Shown: positions 36,047 through 49,056 of the stretch, one piece after another | How positions within the stretch are numbered: position 1 is the first letter of the stretch | Layout: each line of letters starts with the position of its first letter | Origin: Squalus acanthias | Taxonomy: Eukaryota | Reading direction: 5' to 3' | Length of the DNA stretch: 64,000 bases | Assembly (NCBI GenBank): GCA_030390025.1 | Contig: CM059431.1 | Coordinates: 158,722,001-158,786,000 of the forward strand | Made by a program: the position numbers and the translations under genes | The notes under the pieces: generated by a model | Database searches by the model: none | What the model saw: only the letters and a program-made list of their open reading frames with translations | What the model was told of the DNA's origin: nothing

Positions 36047-37260
36047 CAAAAATGAAGTACTGCAGATGATGGAAATCTGAAATAAAAACATAAAGTGCTG
36101 GAGAACCTCAGCAGGTCAGGCAGCATCTGTGAAGAGAGAAACAGAATTAACGTTTTAGGTCGATTACCTTTCGTCAGAATTGGAAAAAAGCAGGACATGA
36201 AACAAATTTTTAAGCAAGTGTAGAGGTTGGGAAAGTGAGGAGCGGATGAAAGAACAAAAGGCAAGGTCTGTGATAGGATATAAGGCGGAAGAGGTTAAGA
36301 GACATTAAGAGATATTCAAGGCAAAAGGAGATGGTAATGGGACAGGTTAAGAAACAAACGATGGCTCTCGATGAAGTGTAAATTGCGCTGGCAGAATGAA
36401 AGACAGCTGCCATGTGGGGGAAAAGAAAAAAAAGACAAAGAGTGTGGATAAAAAATATATATATATATGATAGGGGCCGACGTTATAACCTGAAATTGTT
36501 GAACTCTATTTTGAGTCCAGAAGGCTGTAAAGTGCTTATCGAAATATGAGGTATTGTTCCTCAAGCTTACGCTGAGCTTCCGTGGAACAATCCAAGAGGC
36601 CGAGGACGGTGAGGTCTGAGTGGGTGTGGAGCGGTGAGTTAAAGTCACAGGCGACCGGAAGCTCGGGGTCCCCCTTACGGATTTAACGCAGTTTTTCCAC
36701 AAAGCGGTCACCCAAGCTGCGTTTGGTCCCCCCAATGTAGAGGAGACCACATCGTGAGCAGCGAATACATTATACTGAATTGCAAGAAGTACAAGTAAAT
36801 CGCTGTTTCACCTGGAAGGGGTGTTTCGGGCCCTGGACAGCTGGAAGGATGGAGGCATAAGGGAATGTGTTGCATCTCCTGCGCTTGCACGGGAAGGTGC
36901 CGGGCGAAGGGGAAGGGCAGTTGGGAGTGATAGAAGAGTGAACTAGGCTGTCGCGGAGGGAGCGGTCCCTATGGAATGCTGAAAGTGGAGGTGAGGGGAA
37001 AATGCATTTGGTGGTGTCATCACGCTGGAGGTGGCGGAAATGGCGGAGGATGATCCGTTGAATGTGGAGGCTGGTGGGGTGAAAGTTGAGGACAAGGGGA
37101 ACTCTGTCGTGGTTCCGGGAGGGAGAGGTAGGGATGAGGGCAGAAATGCGGGAGATAGAACGGACATGGTCAAGCGCCGTGTCAACCAAACGTAGCGGGG
37201 AATCCTCGTTGAGGAAAAAGGAAGACATGCCAGAAGCACTGGTATGGAAGGTGGCATCGT
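36047..37260 (-). mobile_element. Penelope-like element 3' part (paralog of 18557-19775)
   Basis: ORF 36770-37303 with RVPLVLNFHP and GTFPCKRRRCNT; hammerhead remnant at 36145-36181. Confidence 0.88.
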
Positions 37261-37261
37261 G

Positions 37262-38860
37262 AGACACCCTCACTGACCCAGCCGCGACACCCTCACTGAC
37301 CAAGTCCCGACATCCTCACTGACCCAGTCCCGACACCCTCTCTGACCAGCCCCAACACCCTCACTGACCCAGTCCCGACACCCTCTCTGACCAACCCCAA
37401 AATCCTCTCTGACCAGCCCCAACACCCTCACTGACCAGCCCCGACATTATCACTGACTCAGCCCAACACCGACACCCCACTGACCCAGCCCTACACCGAC
37501 ACCCCACTGACCCAGCCCTACAGCGACAACCCACTGACACAGCCACACTCCGACAAACCACAGACCCATTCCCCACACCGACACCCCACTGTCCCAGCCC
37601 AACACCGCACCCCACTGACCCAGTCCTACACCGACACCCCACTGACCAAGTCCTACACCGACACCCCACTGACACAGCCCAAAACCGCCACACTCACTGA
37701 CCCTACACCGACAGCTCAGAGATACAGTCAATACCGAAATCCTACTGACACAGCACAACAACGACACCCCACTGACCTAGCCCAACACCGACACCCTCAC
37801 TGACCCAGCACAACAACGTCACCACAATGAACCAGCCCAACACCGACACCCCACTGACCCAGTCCTAAACCGACACACCACTTACCCAGGCCAAAACCGA
37901 CATCCTCTCTGACCCAGGCCGACACCGACACTCACTGACCAAGCCCAACATCGACACCTCACTGACACAATCCAACACCGACACCCCACTGGACAAGACT
38001 TAGACCGCCAGCCCACTGACACAATCCAACACTGACACCCCACAGACCCAGCCCAACACCGAAACCCTCACTGACCCAACAGCGACAACCCAGTAACCTT
38101 ACGTAAAGATCGACACCCCACTGACACAGACCGACAACGGCACCACACTGAGAAACCCGAACACAGAAACACAATTAACAAAGCCCAAAACCGATACCCC
38201 AATGACCCAGCCCGACACCGAATCCCTCACTGGCCCGACAGCGACAACCCACTGACACAGCCCAACGCAAACAGCCCACTTACCCAGCCCTACGCCGAAA
38301 TAACACAGGCACAGACATATAACGAAACCCCACTGATCGAGCGCAACACCGACATCCCACTCACCCAGCCCAACACCGACACCCCACTCACCCAGCCCAA
38401 AACCGAACTCCCACTCACCCAGCCCAATACCGAAACCCTACTCACCCAGCCCAACACCGAAATCACACTGACACAGCCCAACACCGAAACTCCACTGACA
38501 CAGCCCAATACCGAAACCATACAAACCCAACCCAACACCGACACTCCACTGACCCAGTCCTGTACCGAAACACCACTGTACCAGCCAAACAGCGACAACA
38601 AACTGACACCCTCACTGACACAACATCGACACCCCACTGACATTGACCAAGACCGACCCACTACTTAGCCGGTCCTACACTGACACCCCACTGACCTACA
38701 CCGAAACCGACCTCCACTGATGCAACCTACCCCTACACCCCACTGACCCTGCCCTAAACTGACACCCGAATCACCCAGATCAACAACGACACCCCACTCA
38801 CAATGCCCAACACTGCACTTAGCCAACTCGAAAATGAAAATCCACGGACCCAGCCCCACC
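37262..38860. repeat. C/A-rich minisatellite array 3
   Basis: 23-bp then 27-bp units; same left junction as array 2. Confidence 0.95.
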
Positions 38861-38868
38861 CCACGGAG

Positions 38869-39088
38869 AGGTATTGCATCGTGTCTGGCACAAGAGGGCG
38901 GGCGGAGTACTCTAGGGCACCGAGCACGCATGCTGGCACTGTAGCTAATCTGGAAGGAATTTGCGGACACGCTCAATGTGCTGAAATATATCTGCAGGTC
39001 CCAGGGACTGAATCCGAATGAGATGACGTACAGCAAAGATCCAAGTTTGTGGAATAGCCAAATACCCAACTTATCGTGTTAATGAGGT
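38869..39088. other. Non-TE conserved block X, copy 3 (with native right flank)
   Basis: Colinear with the other copies; ends GAG|GTAAAA. Confidence 0.8.
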
Positions 39089-39105
39089 AAAATTTCTGGC
39101 CTCCA

Positions 39106-39510
39106 CAACAACAGCTTTCATTTATATAGCTGTTCTAGTGTAATAAGATGTCCAAGAAACTTCGCAGGAGCCCTATCAAACAAAACTTCTCACTGAGCTA
39201 CACATAAGGACAGGTGACGAAAAGCTTAGCCAAAGAGGTGGATTTTAAGGAGCGTCTTAAAGGAGAGAGCGGGAATTCCAGACTTTATGGCAGGAGAAGG
39301 AATGGGCACCAATGCCGGAGTGATTAAAATCGGAGGTGCACAAGACGACTGAATTAGATGATCAGAGTGATCTCGAGGGCTTGTGTTGGAGGAGGTGACA
39401 TAGATAGGGACTGCGAGGACATGGAGGGTTTTGAAAACTAGGATGAGAATTTTTAAGGCGATGTGTTGCCGGATCGTGTGCCAATGTAGGTCAGAAAGCC
39501 CACGGGAGAT
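39106..39510 (-). mobile_element. L2 3' end fragment
   Basis: ACAACAAC tail then reverse-complement match to the L2 3' region at 46680-47030; paralog at 60684-61050. Confidence 0.7.
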
Positions 39511-39593
39511 GGATGCTTTCTATATCAGATCTATACAGACACGTCTCAGAATAGCTGCTTCAAATCCGTGAAATAAAACTTGTCTACAGCTAA

Positions 39594-39690
39594 TATAAAA
39601 GCAAAATACTGCGGATGCTGCAAATATGAAACAAAAACAGAAATTGCTGGAAATACTCAGCAGTTCAGGCAGCATCTCTGGAGAGAGAAT
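39594..39690 (-). mobile_element. Short Penelope pLTR fragment
   Basis: AAATACTGCGGATGCTG...GGCAGCATCT matches 18565-18650; absent from the paralog at ~61145. Confidence 0.7.
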
Positions 39691-39699
39691 TTTCTAATT

Positions 39700-42600
39700 C
39701 TAATCCGTTCTTGTCACCCCTTTATTTCTAAATGGTCACTAATTCAACCTGGATTTACAGATTCGAACAGCTTAGTCACAAATAACAGACTAAGTGGCTG
39801 ATCCTCTCTATCCATTTTAACAGAGACATTGTTTGGGCACTTTCAGTCCAGCTATAAATTTCTGATATTGTATGACGGTTGAGAAATTGTGGTCAAAGTC
39901 CCTTTTATCACCCCTCTTATTTCCTTTAATAGCACGAGGGGCATTATCTCTGAGTCCAGTGACTTATCCACCTCAGCTATTTGTCTCAGATCCAAATCCT
40001 TCTCTACAGTGATCTCTAAATATGGACCCACATCCTTCTCATGTACATCAACATTTTCACTTCCAGCATCAAAGGAAATATTCTGTATCTCCACAAACCT
40101 TCACCCTCCACGAGTTTCCCCCAGCTCCCCATCTATCTCACCTCCACTGCAACAGGACATTCTCTTAGTCCAGTGAAATCCCAGGCCCTGTCCTGTAGAG
40201 AATAAATCACATCTCTCAGACCTGTGACTTTCAAAATGCCTTCGGAAAGATTTTTAAATTTACAGGCACAACAGTCAATCGTAAATCCAATTCTTTGGAA
40301 TGTTGATCCTATTTTATTTTACATTTGTTTAACAACAATCACTTCATCTCTCACTACTCGAAAACAACCTTCCTTTATTCTGCTAATAATTTTTCACTAT
40401 TACATAAATATTCTGTTTCAGCTCCAACAGTTTCATTAATTCCGCTCTCTAGTCTCAGATGCGGATAATTCCCACCCTACAGTCATATCAGATGATAACC
40501 TTCAAACTGCTCCACTCACCTATTCTGCAAAACCATTGTTGCTGTTGGGTTCACATCGCGGCCAACTTTCCCTTCTCCCCGAACTCACTCTAGTGCGCCA
40601 ACGGCGTGAACCCTTCCCTCGTCCTTCAGCAAACCAGTCCGACTTTGACCTACCACATATTTCCCTCATTAAGCAGCTCAGTGCTAAACAAGCTAGAGAT
40701 CACAAACTTGAAACCTTGTCTTTAGTCTAGTGCCTCAGTCTCAATATTATCTTTTTAAACGTATTTCTATCGGTGTTACTGATTCCGAGAATGGGTAATT
40801 TCTGCTCTCCTATCCTTCCCAGACACATTCCCACCTGTTCCAGGATGTTCTACCCTAACGCACCAGGGAGGCAACTTATCATTTTGCACCAGCTCAGGGC
40901 TGCTGACGAGTCTGTATATTCCCCTGAATATAAAAATTCCTACCACTATTCATCTCTTTTTCCTGTGCCCCACCTGCCTCTCACCCCACGCGGGGTGGCC
41001 TCCTGCTCCCTGCTACCACACTGTTGCTCAGGAAGACCCTCCTCTGAGTCGCTGTCTCTATCCACCTTACAGTCCCCAGAACCGGGTGTCCATTGGACAG
41101 TTCCAGTACTTGGGGGCTCCCTTCACCTGTGACTGCGGGGGAAGTCATAATGGGGAACAAAGAAATGGCAGAACAATTAAATGCATATTTTGGTTCTGTC
41201 TTCACAAAGGAGGACACAAATAACCTCCCAGAGATGCTGGATAACATACGGTCTGATGAAAGGGAGGAACTGAAATAAATCAGTATTTGCAGGGAAATGA
41301 TGTTCGGTCAATTGACGGGATTGAAGGACGATAATTCCCCAGGGCCTGATAATCTACATCCTAGGGTACTTAAGGAATGGCCCTAGAAAGAGTAGATGCA
41401 TTTCTAATCATCTTCCAACATTCAATGGAATCTGGATTTGTATCCATGGATTGGAGGCTAGCTAATGTTATCCTACTATTCAAAAAGGGTGGTAGAGAGA
41501 AAGCGGGGAATTACAGACCGGTAAGCCTGACATCGGTAGTGGGGAAAATGCTAGAGTCCATTATAAAGGATGTAATAGCTGAGCACTTGAAAAACAGTGA
41601 CAGGATCGGACAAAGTCAACATGGATTTACAAAAGGTAAATCGTGCTTGACTAATCTACTGGAAATTTTTGAGAATGTAACTGGGAAAATAGATAAGGGA
41701 GAACCAGTCGATGTGGTGTATTTGTACTTTCAAAAGGCTTTCGATAAGGTCCCGCATGAGAGATTAGCGTGTAAAGTTAAGGCACATGGGATTGGGGGCA
41801 AGGTATTGACTTGGATTGAGAACTGGTTGGCGGATAGAAAACAAAGAGTAGGAATTAATGGGTCTTTTTCGGAGTGGCAAGCAGTGACTCGTGGGGTTCC
41901 GCAGGGATCGGTCCTTGGACCCCAGCTATTCACAATACACATTAATGATCTAGATAAGGGAACTAAATGCAATAACTCCAAGTTTTCAGATGACACAAAG
42001 CTGGGTGGGAGTGTGTGCTGCGAGGAGGATACAGAGAAACTCCAGGATGATTTGGACAGGTTGGGTGAGTGGGCAGAAGCGTGGCAGATGAAGTATAACG
42101 TGGATAAATGCGAGGTTATCCACGTTGGTGTCAAAAACAGAAAGGCAGACTATTATCTGAATGGCAATAGATTGGGAGAAGGGGAAGTGCAACGAGACCT
42201 GGGTGTCCTTGTGCACCAGTCGCTTAAGGTAAGCATGCAGGTGCAGCAGGCGGTGAAGAAGGCAAATGGTATGTTGGCCTTCATAGCGAAAGGGTTTGAG
42301 TATAGGAACAGTGATGTCCTGCTGCAGTTGTACAGGGCCTTGGTGAGACCACACCTTGAATATTGTGTGCCGTTTTGGTCGCCTTATCTGAGGAAGTATG
42401 TTCTTGCCATGGAGGGAGGGCAGCGAAGATTCACAAGGCTGATAGCTGGGATGTCAGGAATGATATATGAGGAGAGATTGGGTCGATTGGGCTTATACTC
42501 GCTGGAGTATAGAAGAATGAGAGGGGATCTCATCGAAACATATAAAATTCTGACAGGTATGGACAAACTAGATGCAGGAAGAATGGCCGGTGAGTCCAGA

Positions 42601-43070
42601 ACCAGGGGCCATAATCTAAGGATAAGGGGTAAGCCATTTCGGACAGAAATGAGGAAGAATATCTTCACCCAGAGGGTGGTGAACCTGTGGAATTCTCTAC
42701 CACAAAACGTAGTTGAGGCCATGTCATTAAATATATTAAAGAATGTGTTAGATATATTCCTTAAAGCTAAAGGTGTCAAGGGATATGGGGAGAAGGCATG
42801 TACAGGTTACTGAGTTTGAATGGCCTACTCCTGCTCCTATCTTCTATGTTTCTATGTTTCTATATTTCCCTTCAGATGGTCACTCCCTTCGATCTTTCTA
42901 CTCAGCCTCTGTCCTGTTCCCTCTTCCTGTGTGAGCTGCAGGTGCTTGCACGAGATCTGGACCCACTGTCAGGACAGAAATTATATTTAAGAGTATTTTC
43001 TGAACTTACCTGTGTCCACTCTTATTCTTTTGGAAGATGCTGGATCTTCTCCCCTGTTTGGACCTTCAGC
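39700..43070 (-). mobile_element. Old decayed CR1 hosting a younger CR1
   Basis: Remnants of the ORF2 linker (LVLLKEIRGVI) and the ORF1 esterase; paralog at 61150-62700. Confidence 0.6.
41138..42862 (+). mobile_element. 5'-truncated CR1 (family E)
   Basis: 478-aa RT ORF 41377-42813 (FSDDTK variant); TTTCTATG tail; absent from paralogs at ~32315 and ~62522. Confidence 0.92.
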
Positions 43071-43269
43071 CATGGTGGGAACAGGCATTCCCAAATTCTG
43101 ATGCTCTGTAATAAATATAATATTAACAGGAGTGTTAGACGGAAATATAAAAACGAGAAGGAGAACGCTGCCTTTTTAAACATGATATCAAGTCCCTCCT
43201 CCCCCATCAGTACATCACCTGTTAGCTCCGGGATCGAGCATTTCCCGAGTGTTACGACCAACACTTCAC

Positions 43270-46200
43270 ATCAGTTGTGACACAGACAGCTGCCCAGGGA
43301 AAACCAGTGAGGCCCGCTGATCTTGCGTGTGCACTTCTATTTCCACTTTTTTCTCCCCTTTTCCTTTTCTCTCTATCACTCCCTGATTGCTCTCTTCTCT
43401 CATTATGGCTCCTTTCATCTATCCTCTCTCGGATACACTGCCCTTCCAATCCCTGCACCTACCCTTCACTACTCATCGACATTCCTACTCTGCTGCTGAC
43501 TTCCCAGTGTTGAATCCCTCTTAGATAAGTCTACAGCTTCCCTATGTGCCTCTCTTGGCATCCTCCTAAAGGCCCACCGTGGCACTCGTTGCGGCCTCCT
43601 CACGAGCAGCAACCACAACTGTATCAGCCTACTCTTTCGCCGACCTTCCCGCCCAGTCCGTACGTAGGGTTCTAATCTTGTCAAGCTCCTTTCCGTCCAA
43701 CTGACCCCTCGCAGCGCTCACCCTGTGGACACTGGCAGTGGGTTAGATTTCACTGAACCTCTGCACATCTCTCTCCAGAATGTTCATTCTCTTGCGAAAT
43801 AGATCCAACCATCCATGAGCTTATCATGAATGATTTCATCGACATCATGGCCCTGACGGAATCTTGGCTGAGGGTTGATTACACCTTACACTTAAATAAA
43901 GCCTCCCCAACGGGCCATACCTTCCAGCACTTGCCCAGCCCAGACAGCCATGGCGACAGTGCGGCTCTCATCACCAAATCATACCTTTTGCTTTCCCACG
44001 GGCAACACGGTGGCATAGTGGTTAGCACTGGTGCCTCACAGCGCCAGAGACCCGGGTTCGAATCTGACCTCGGGTGACTGTCTGTGTGGAGTTTGCACAT
44101 TCTCCCCGTGTCTGCGTGGGTTTCCTCCGGGTGCTCCGGTTTCCTCCCACAGTCCAAAAATGTGTGGGTTAGGTTGATTTGGCTATGATAAATTGACCCT
44201 TAGTGTTAGGGGGGATTAAATATGTGGGGTTATGGGGATAGGATGGGATATGTTAGGGGGAATTAAATACGTGGGGTTACGGGGGTAGGGTGGGATATGT
44301 GTACTGTGGGGATTAAAGCAGGGACAGGGGACTGGATTTGGATGATCAGCCATGATCGTATTGAATGGCGGAGCAGGCTCGACGGGCCGAATGGCCTACT
44401 CCTGCTCCTAGATTCTATGTTTCTATACTCATCCGCCACGTTCTCCTCCTTTGAGCAGCCCACCTTATTTCAAAATTCTCACCTCATTTAAAATTCTCGT
44501 TCTCTATCGCCCACCGAAGTACCATTATAATTTTATCACCGAGATAGCTTCAATGCACTCCTCCCTCAGCATCTGCAACACGCGACTTCTCATCCTCGGT
44601 GATATCAACCTCCATCTCAATTCATCATGCTCTCTCTCCACTGAGTTCACTGCCCTGTGAACTCCCTTATTCTCTCCCTTCATGTAAACGCCCCAACCCA
44701 TATTCACGGTCACCCCCTCGAAATAGCCATCTCTCGTGGCCTCGATACTCTCCTCGTGTCAATGGCATACAAAGCCATCTCTGACCATTTCCTTCTATCA
44801 CTCTCCACCCACATCCCCCTTCTATCCCAAACCTACTACATTCTTTTTCCTCCCTGGAAAGTAAACTCTCTCCCAATTCTCTTACAACAGCACTTACGAA
44901 AACCCAACTGTCCAGCCTTTCGCCCTCCATTCGCCACCACATTTCTGCAGCTAGCGATCTGCTCAACCACACCCTCACCACCACCATCGATGCTATAGTC
45001 CAAATTAAATAAATTACACTGTCTCACCCTGGCTGTTCTAATGGGTACGGGTCTCATCTTCGCTCGCTTAAGTGCAAGAGACGCAGACTTGAACAGATTA
45101 AGCAGGCAACTGGTTTAGCCTTTCTCTGCCAGATCTGGCTGGACCACCTAAAGCATTACCGGGACCTCCTCTCGTCTGTCAAAATTGCTCACTGTTCCAG
45201 AATCATTATAGGAATGCAAAGCTAAACCCCGGCTTCTATTCTGCACTGCTAACCAGCTTCTTCAAACCTTGTCCCCTGTCTCCTCCAACCTCACCTCCAA
45301 TAACAAGAGTGAGGAGCTCATGAACTTCTTTGTCCCTAAGATTGAGACCATGCGATCAGCGGCCTCTGCCATTTCTCTTCCTTCCCCTAACTCACCGGCC
45401 AAGCTTCAACTAAGACTCCGCCCTGCCCTAGCCCTGATCTCGCATCTTTCTCCATTTTCTCTCCGATCTCCGCTCCTGATCTCTCCGCGCACAACTTGTC
45501 CATAAGTCTCACTTCCTGCTCCCTCGACCCTATTCCCACCAAACTGCTAACCACCCAACTTTCTTTTCTAGCTACTTTGTTAGCTGGCATTGTTAACGGT
45601 TCTCTCTCCACAAGTACTGTTCCTCTCTCCTTCAAATCTGCCGTCATCACCCCTCTCCTCAAAAAAACAACTCTTGACTCCGACGACCTTGCAAACGTTC
45701 GCCCCATTTACAAACTCCCTTTCTGCTAAAAAGTCCTTGAACATGTTGTCGCCTCCCAAATCCATTCCCATGTTTCCTGCAACTCCATGTTTGAATCCCT
45801 CCAATCAGGTATCTGCCCCTGCCACAGTACCGAAACGGCTGTCATCAAAGTCACAAATGACATCCTTTGTGACTGTGACAAAGACAAACTATCCCTCCTC
45901 GTGCTTCTCGACTTCTCAGCATCTTTTGACACAGTTGACCGCTCCACACTCCTCCAACGCCTTTCCAAAGACGTCCAGCTGGGTGGGACTGCACGCGCCT
46001 GGTTCCATTCTTATCTATCGTAGGCAGAGAATAATCTGCAATGGCTTCTCTTCCCGCTCCAGCATCGTTATCTCTGGTGTTCCCCAGGAATCTATCCTTT
46101 GCCCCCTGCTATTTCGCATCTACATGCTGCCCCTTGACAATGTCATGCTAAACACCGCGTCAGTTTCCACATGTACGCTGACGTCACCCGTTTCTACCTC

Positions 46201-47035
46201 AACACCACTTCTCCCGACCCCTCAACTGTCTCTAAATTGTCAGTCTGCTTGTCTGACATCCAGTTCTGGATGAGCAGAAATGTTCTCCAGTTAATATTGG
46301 GAAGACATTGTTCTCGTGCTCCGCCACCGAATCCATCCCTCTCCCGAACATCTGTCTGAGGCAGAACTACACTGTTCGCAACATAGGAGTCATATTTTAC
46401 CCTGAAATGAGCTTCCCACCACATAGCCATGGCATAACTTAGACCGCCAATTTCCACCTCCGTAACATCGCCCGTCTCCACCCCTGCATCAGCACATCTG
46501 CCTATGAAACTCTCATCCATGCCTTTGTTAACTGTAGACTTGACTATTCCAACACACTCCTGGCTGGCCACCCACGTTCTACACTACGTAAATTAGAGGT
46601 CATCCAAAACTCGAGAGCCAGTGTCCTAAATCGCACCCAGTCACATTCACCCATCACCCCTGTGCTCACTGACCTACATAGGATCCCGGTTAAGCAACGC
46701 ATCGATTTCAAAATTCTCACCCTTGTTTTGAATTCCCTCCATGGCCTCTCATCTCCCTACCTCTAATCTCTTCCATCCTCATGCCTGCCCTCCCCGAGAT
46801 AAATGTGCTCCTATAATTTGCACTCTTGAGCATCCCGGATTAAATCGCTCAACCCTTGGTGGCCGGGCCTTCAGTTGTCAAGGCTCTAAGCTCTGCAATT
46901 TCCTACCTAAACTTCTACACCTCGCTACCTCTCGTTCCTCCTTTAAGTCGCTCCTTAAAACCTATCTCTTTGAGCAAGCTTTTAGTCATCTGCCCTAATT
47001 TTCCTTTGTGGCACGGTGTCAAATGTTTGTCTTAT
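43270..47035 (+). mobile_element. L2-clade LINE, near full length, decayed
   Basis: Endonuclease (IMALTESWL, LYRPP, LGDIN, SDHF) and RT (QSGICPCHSTETAVIKVTNDIL, YADV). Confidence 0.88.
44000..44426 (+). mobile_element. tRNA-derived V-SINE (HE1-like) with CR1 3' tail
   Basis: A box TGGCATAGTGG, B box GGTTCGAATC, V-domain TGTGTGGAGTTTGCACATTCTCCCCGTGTCTGCGTGGGTTTCCTCCGGGTGCTCCGGTTTCCTCCCACA, tail GATCAGCCATGATC...GGCCTACTCCTGCTCC. Confidence 0.92.
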
Positions 47036-47278
47036 AACAACAACTTTTATTTCTACAGCGCCTTTAAAGTAGTAAAACATCCCAAGGCACTGCAATGGCG
47101 TATGGTAAGACAAAAAATTTGACACTGAGCCACAAAAAGATAAATTAGGGTGGGTGACCAAATGCTTCGTCAGAGAGGTAGGTTTTAAGGTGCATCTTAA
47201 TACAGGGAAGTGTGGTAGCGCGGCGGAGCGGTTTAGGGACGGATTTCCATAGCTTTGGGCAGAGGCAACAGTGAGCGA
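47036..47278 (-). mobile_element. L2 3' end, tail-to-tail with the preceding L2
   Basis: Reverse-complement match to 46860-47030; truncated paralogs at 18481-18556 and 35971-36046. Confidence 0.75.
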
Positions 47279-47316
47279 TTAGAAATAGGTTTATAGTCCA
47301 ACAGTTTTATTTGAAA

Positions 47317-47353
47317 TCACGAGCTTTCGGAGCTCTGCTCCTTCGTCAGGTAG
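47317..47353 (-). ncRNA. Minimal hammerhead ribozyme motif in a Penelope pLTR fragment (~47286-47400)
   Basis: Minus strand CTAC CTGACGA A GGAGC AGA GCTCC GAAA GC TC GTGA. Confidence 0.7.
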
Positions 47354-48835
47354 AGTGAAGGAATACAAATCAGCTAAGCATATATAAACAGAGAACAATG
47401 TGTAGCGTGCAGTGTCAGACGACTACAGCAAATCTTACTGACTGCCCTCCATCTCACCTCGGCAGAGATACAATCAAGGAAGGCTTTACATCAAAGACAC
47501 AGCAAAATACAGCTGAGACAATGAGGTGGGGTAACAAGGGGTCTAACGTGCCAACAAAAAACCTGTGCCCCACCTCATTGTCTTAGAGTTAGAGACTATT
47601 CTGCAGGGATACATGGAGCGGATGATCATTGATGAATTAAATGATCCTTCACGAGGTTTAACAAAGTCTGGCGGTATAATATTATACTTGCTCACAGATT
47701 TGTGTTTAATATTTTGGATTTGTTGTGTTTTGATATTAAATTCTGATAGTTTATGACTGTGATATCTATCCACACACAAGATATAGCTGGGTGTGATCCC
47801 TCAGTCCACTATGGAAAGTGACATTGTCCGTGTGTCCATGGAGATGTGTTCTGGTTGGTGATTCTATTTTTATATTTTGACCATATCTCTCCTGGTGGCA
47901 GCACTGACTGGTGTGCACTGTAGGAGGGAAGGAAATTTACCACTGTTCCACTAATATTCACACTAATGTATAATGTCACGTCACTTTAAACAGTGAGATG
48001 ATGCACAGCATTGATTAGTGGAATATATTTTGAGCTGACAATCTCAGAATTGTCCATAAAAATGCAAATGGTAGATTTGCCTGCTGTTTTACAAACACAA
48101 TACTCCACTTGTGCGCGTGTCTCGCTGTGTGTGTGACCACACACGTGCGTCCAATCAAACACTTAGTCGCATCCTTTCCTTACCCCAATGTGTAAATGTA
48201 AAAGCAATTCAGTCTCGGATCAGTAATTTCTCCAAATTAAGGTCCAAGATCTATAATAAAATTAATTTAGAACTGAGTTTGAGACCTTGTAAAATTCAGT
48301 TATCTGCTGTTTCATCTTCTTCTTTTTACCTAGAATAATAAACACTTAAGTCAGAACTACAACTTTCATTTCCACAGCGATTTAAACATCGACAAACATC
48401 CCAAGTCGCTTCACAGAAGACGGATCAGACAAAAGATGTTCGCTGAATAAATGAGGTAGAAGTAGGAGTGAAACCAAAGGTAGGTCAAATAAGTGTATTT
48501 TAGGAGAATCTTAAAAGCAGGGGAGGGAGCTGGAGGGGTTTAGGTGGGGAATTTCAGAACAGACAACCGGGACAGCCGAAGGCACAGCCGCCATAGATGG
48601 GCTGAGGAAAGGGTAAAATGCCCTCGAGCCTAGAGCCGGAGGAACAGAGAGATCTTGGTTCAGGGGCCTGTAAGGCTGGTAGAGGTTAGAGAGAAAAGGA
48701 AGAACAAGATCATGAAGTGATTTAAATGAGAATGTACTGGGGCAGGAGAGAGCTGTTCCGTTGGGACGGACTTCACTTGGCCAGTGCTGGGACTAGTGTC
48801 CTGGTGAATCGAATAACTAGGGCTGTGGAGAGGGC

Positions 48836-48842
48836 TTTAAAC
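48836..48842 (+). promoter_or_regulatory. Candidate -1 frameshift slippery heptamer (family C)
   Basis: AGG GCT TTA AAC TAA; the -1 frame joins ORF 48883 only if one base is restored, e.g. in the A run at ~48875. Confidence 0.55.
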
Positions 48843-49056
48843 TAATTAGTGGGGGGGAGGTTTCAAGAGGGCAAAAATAAAAATGACAACAGGGAGGGTC
48901 ATAGACATAGGTAGCAGCAGGGGAATCACAAATCAGAGCGTGGCAGGAAGGGACAGAGTGTGTGGAGTAAAAGGTAAAGTGGTAAAAAGTGAGAAAGCAG
49001 GAACTAAGTGCCACAAAGCATATTTGAAAGTTCTCTATCTGAATGCACGTAGCATT

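Noticed and set aside
40390..40450. Slippery site at the old CR1 ORF1 end
   Set aside because: Too decayed to locate the junction; not counted for or against the frameshift model
44000..44075. tRNA gene
   Set aside because: The A and B boxes belong to a SINE head followed by a V-domain and a LINE tail
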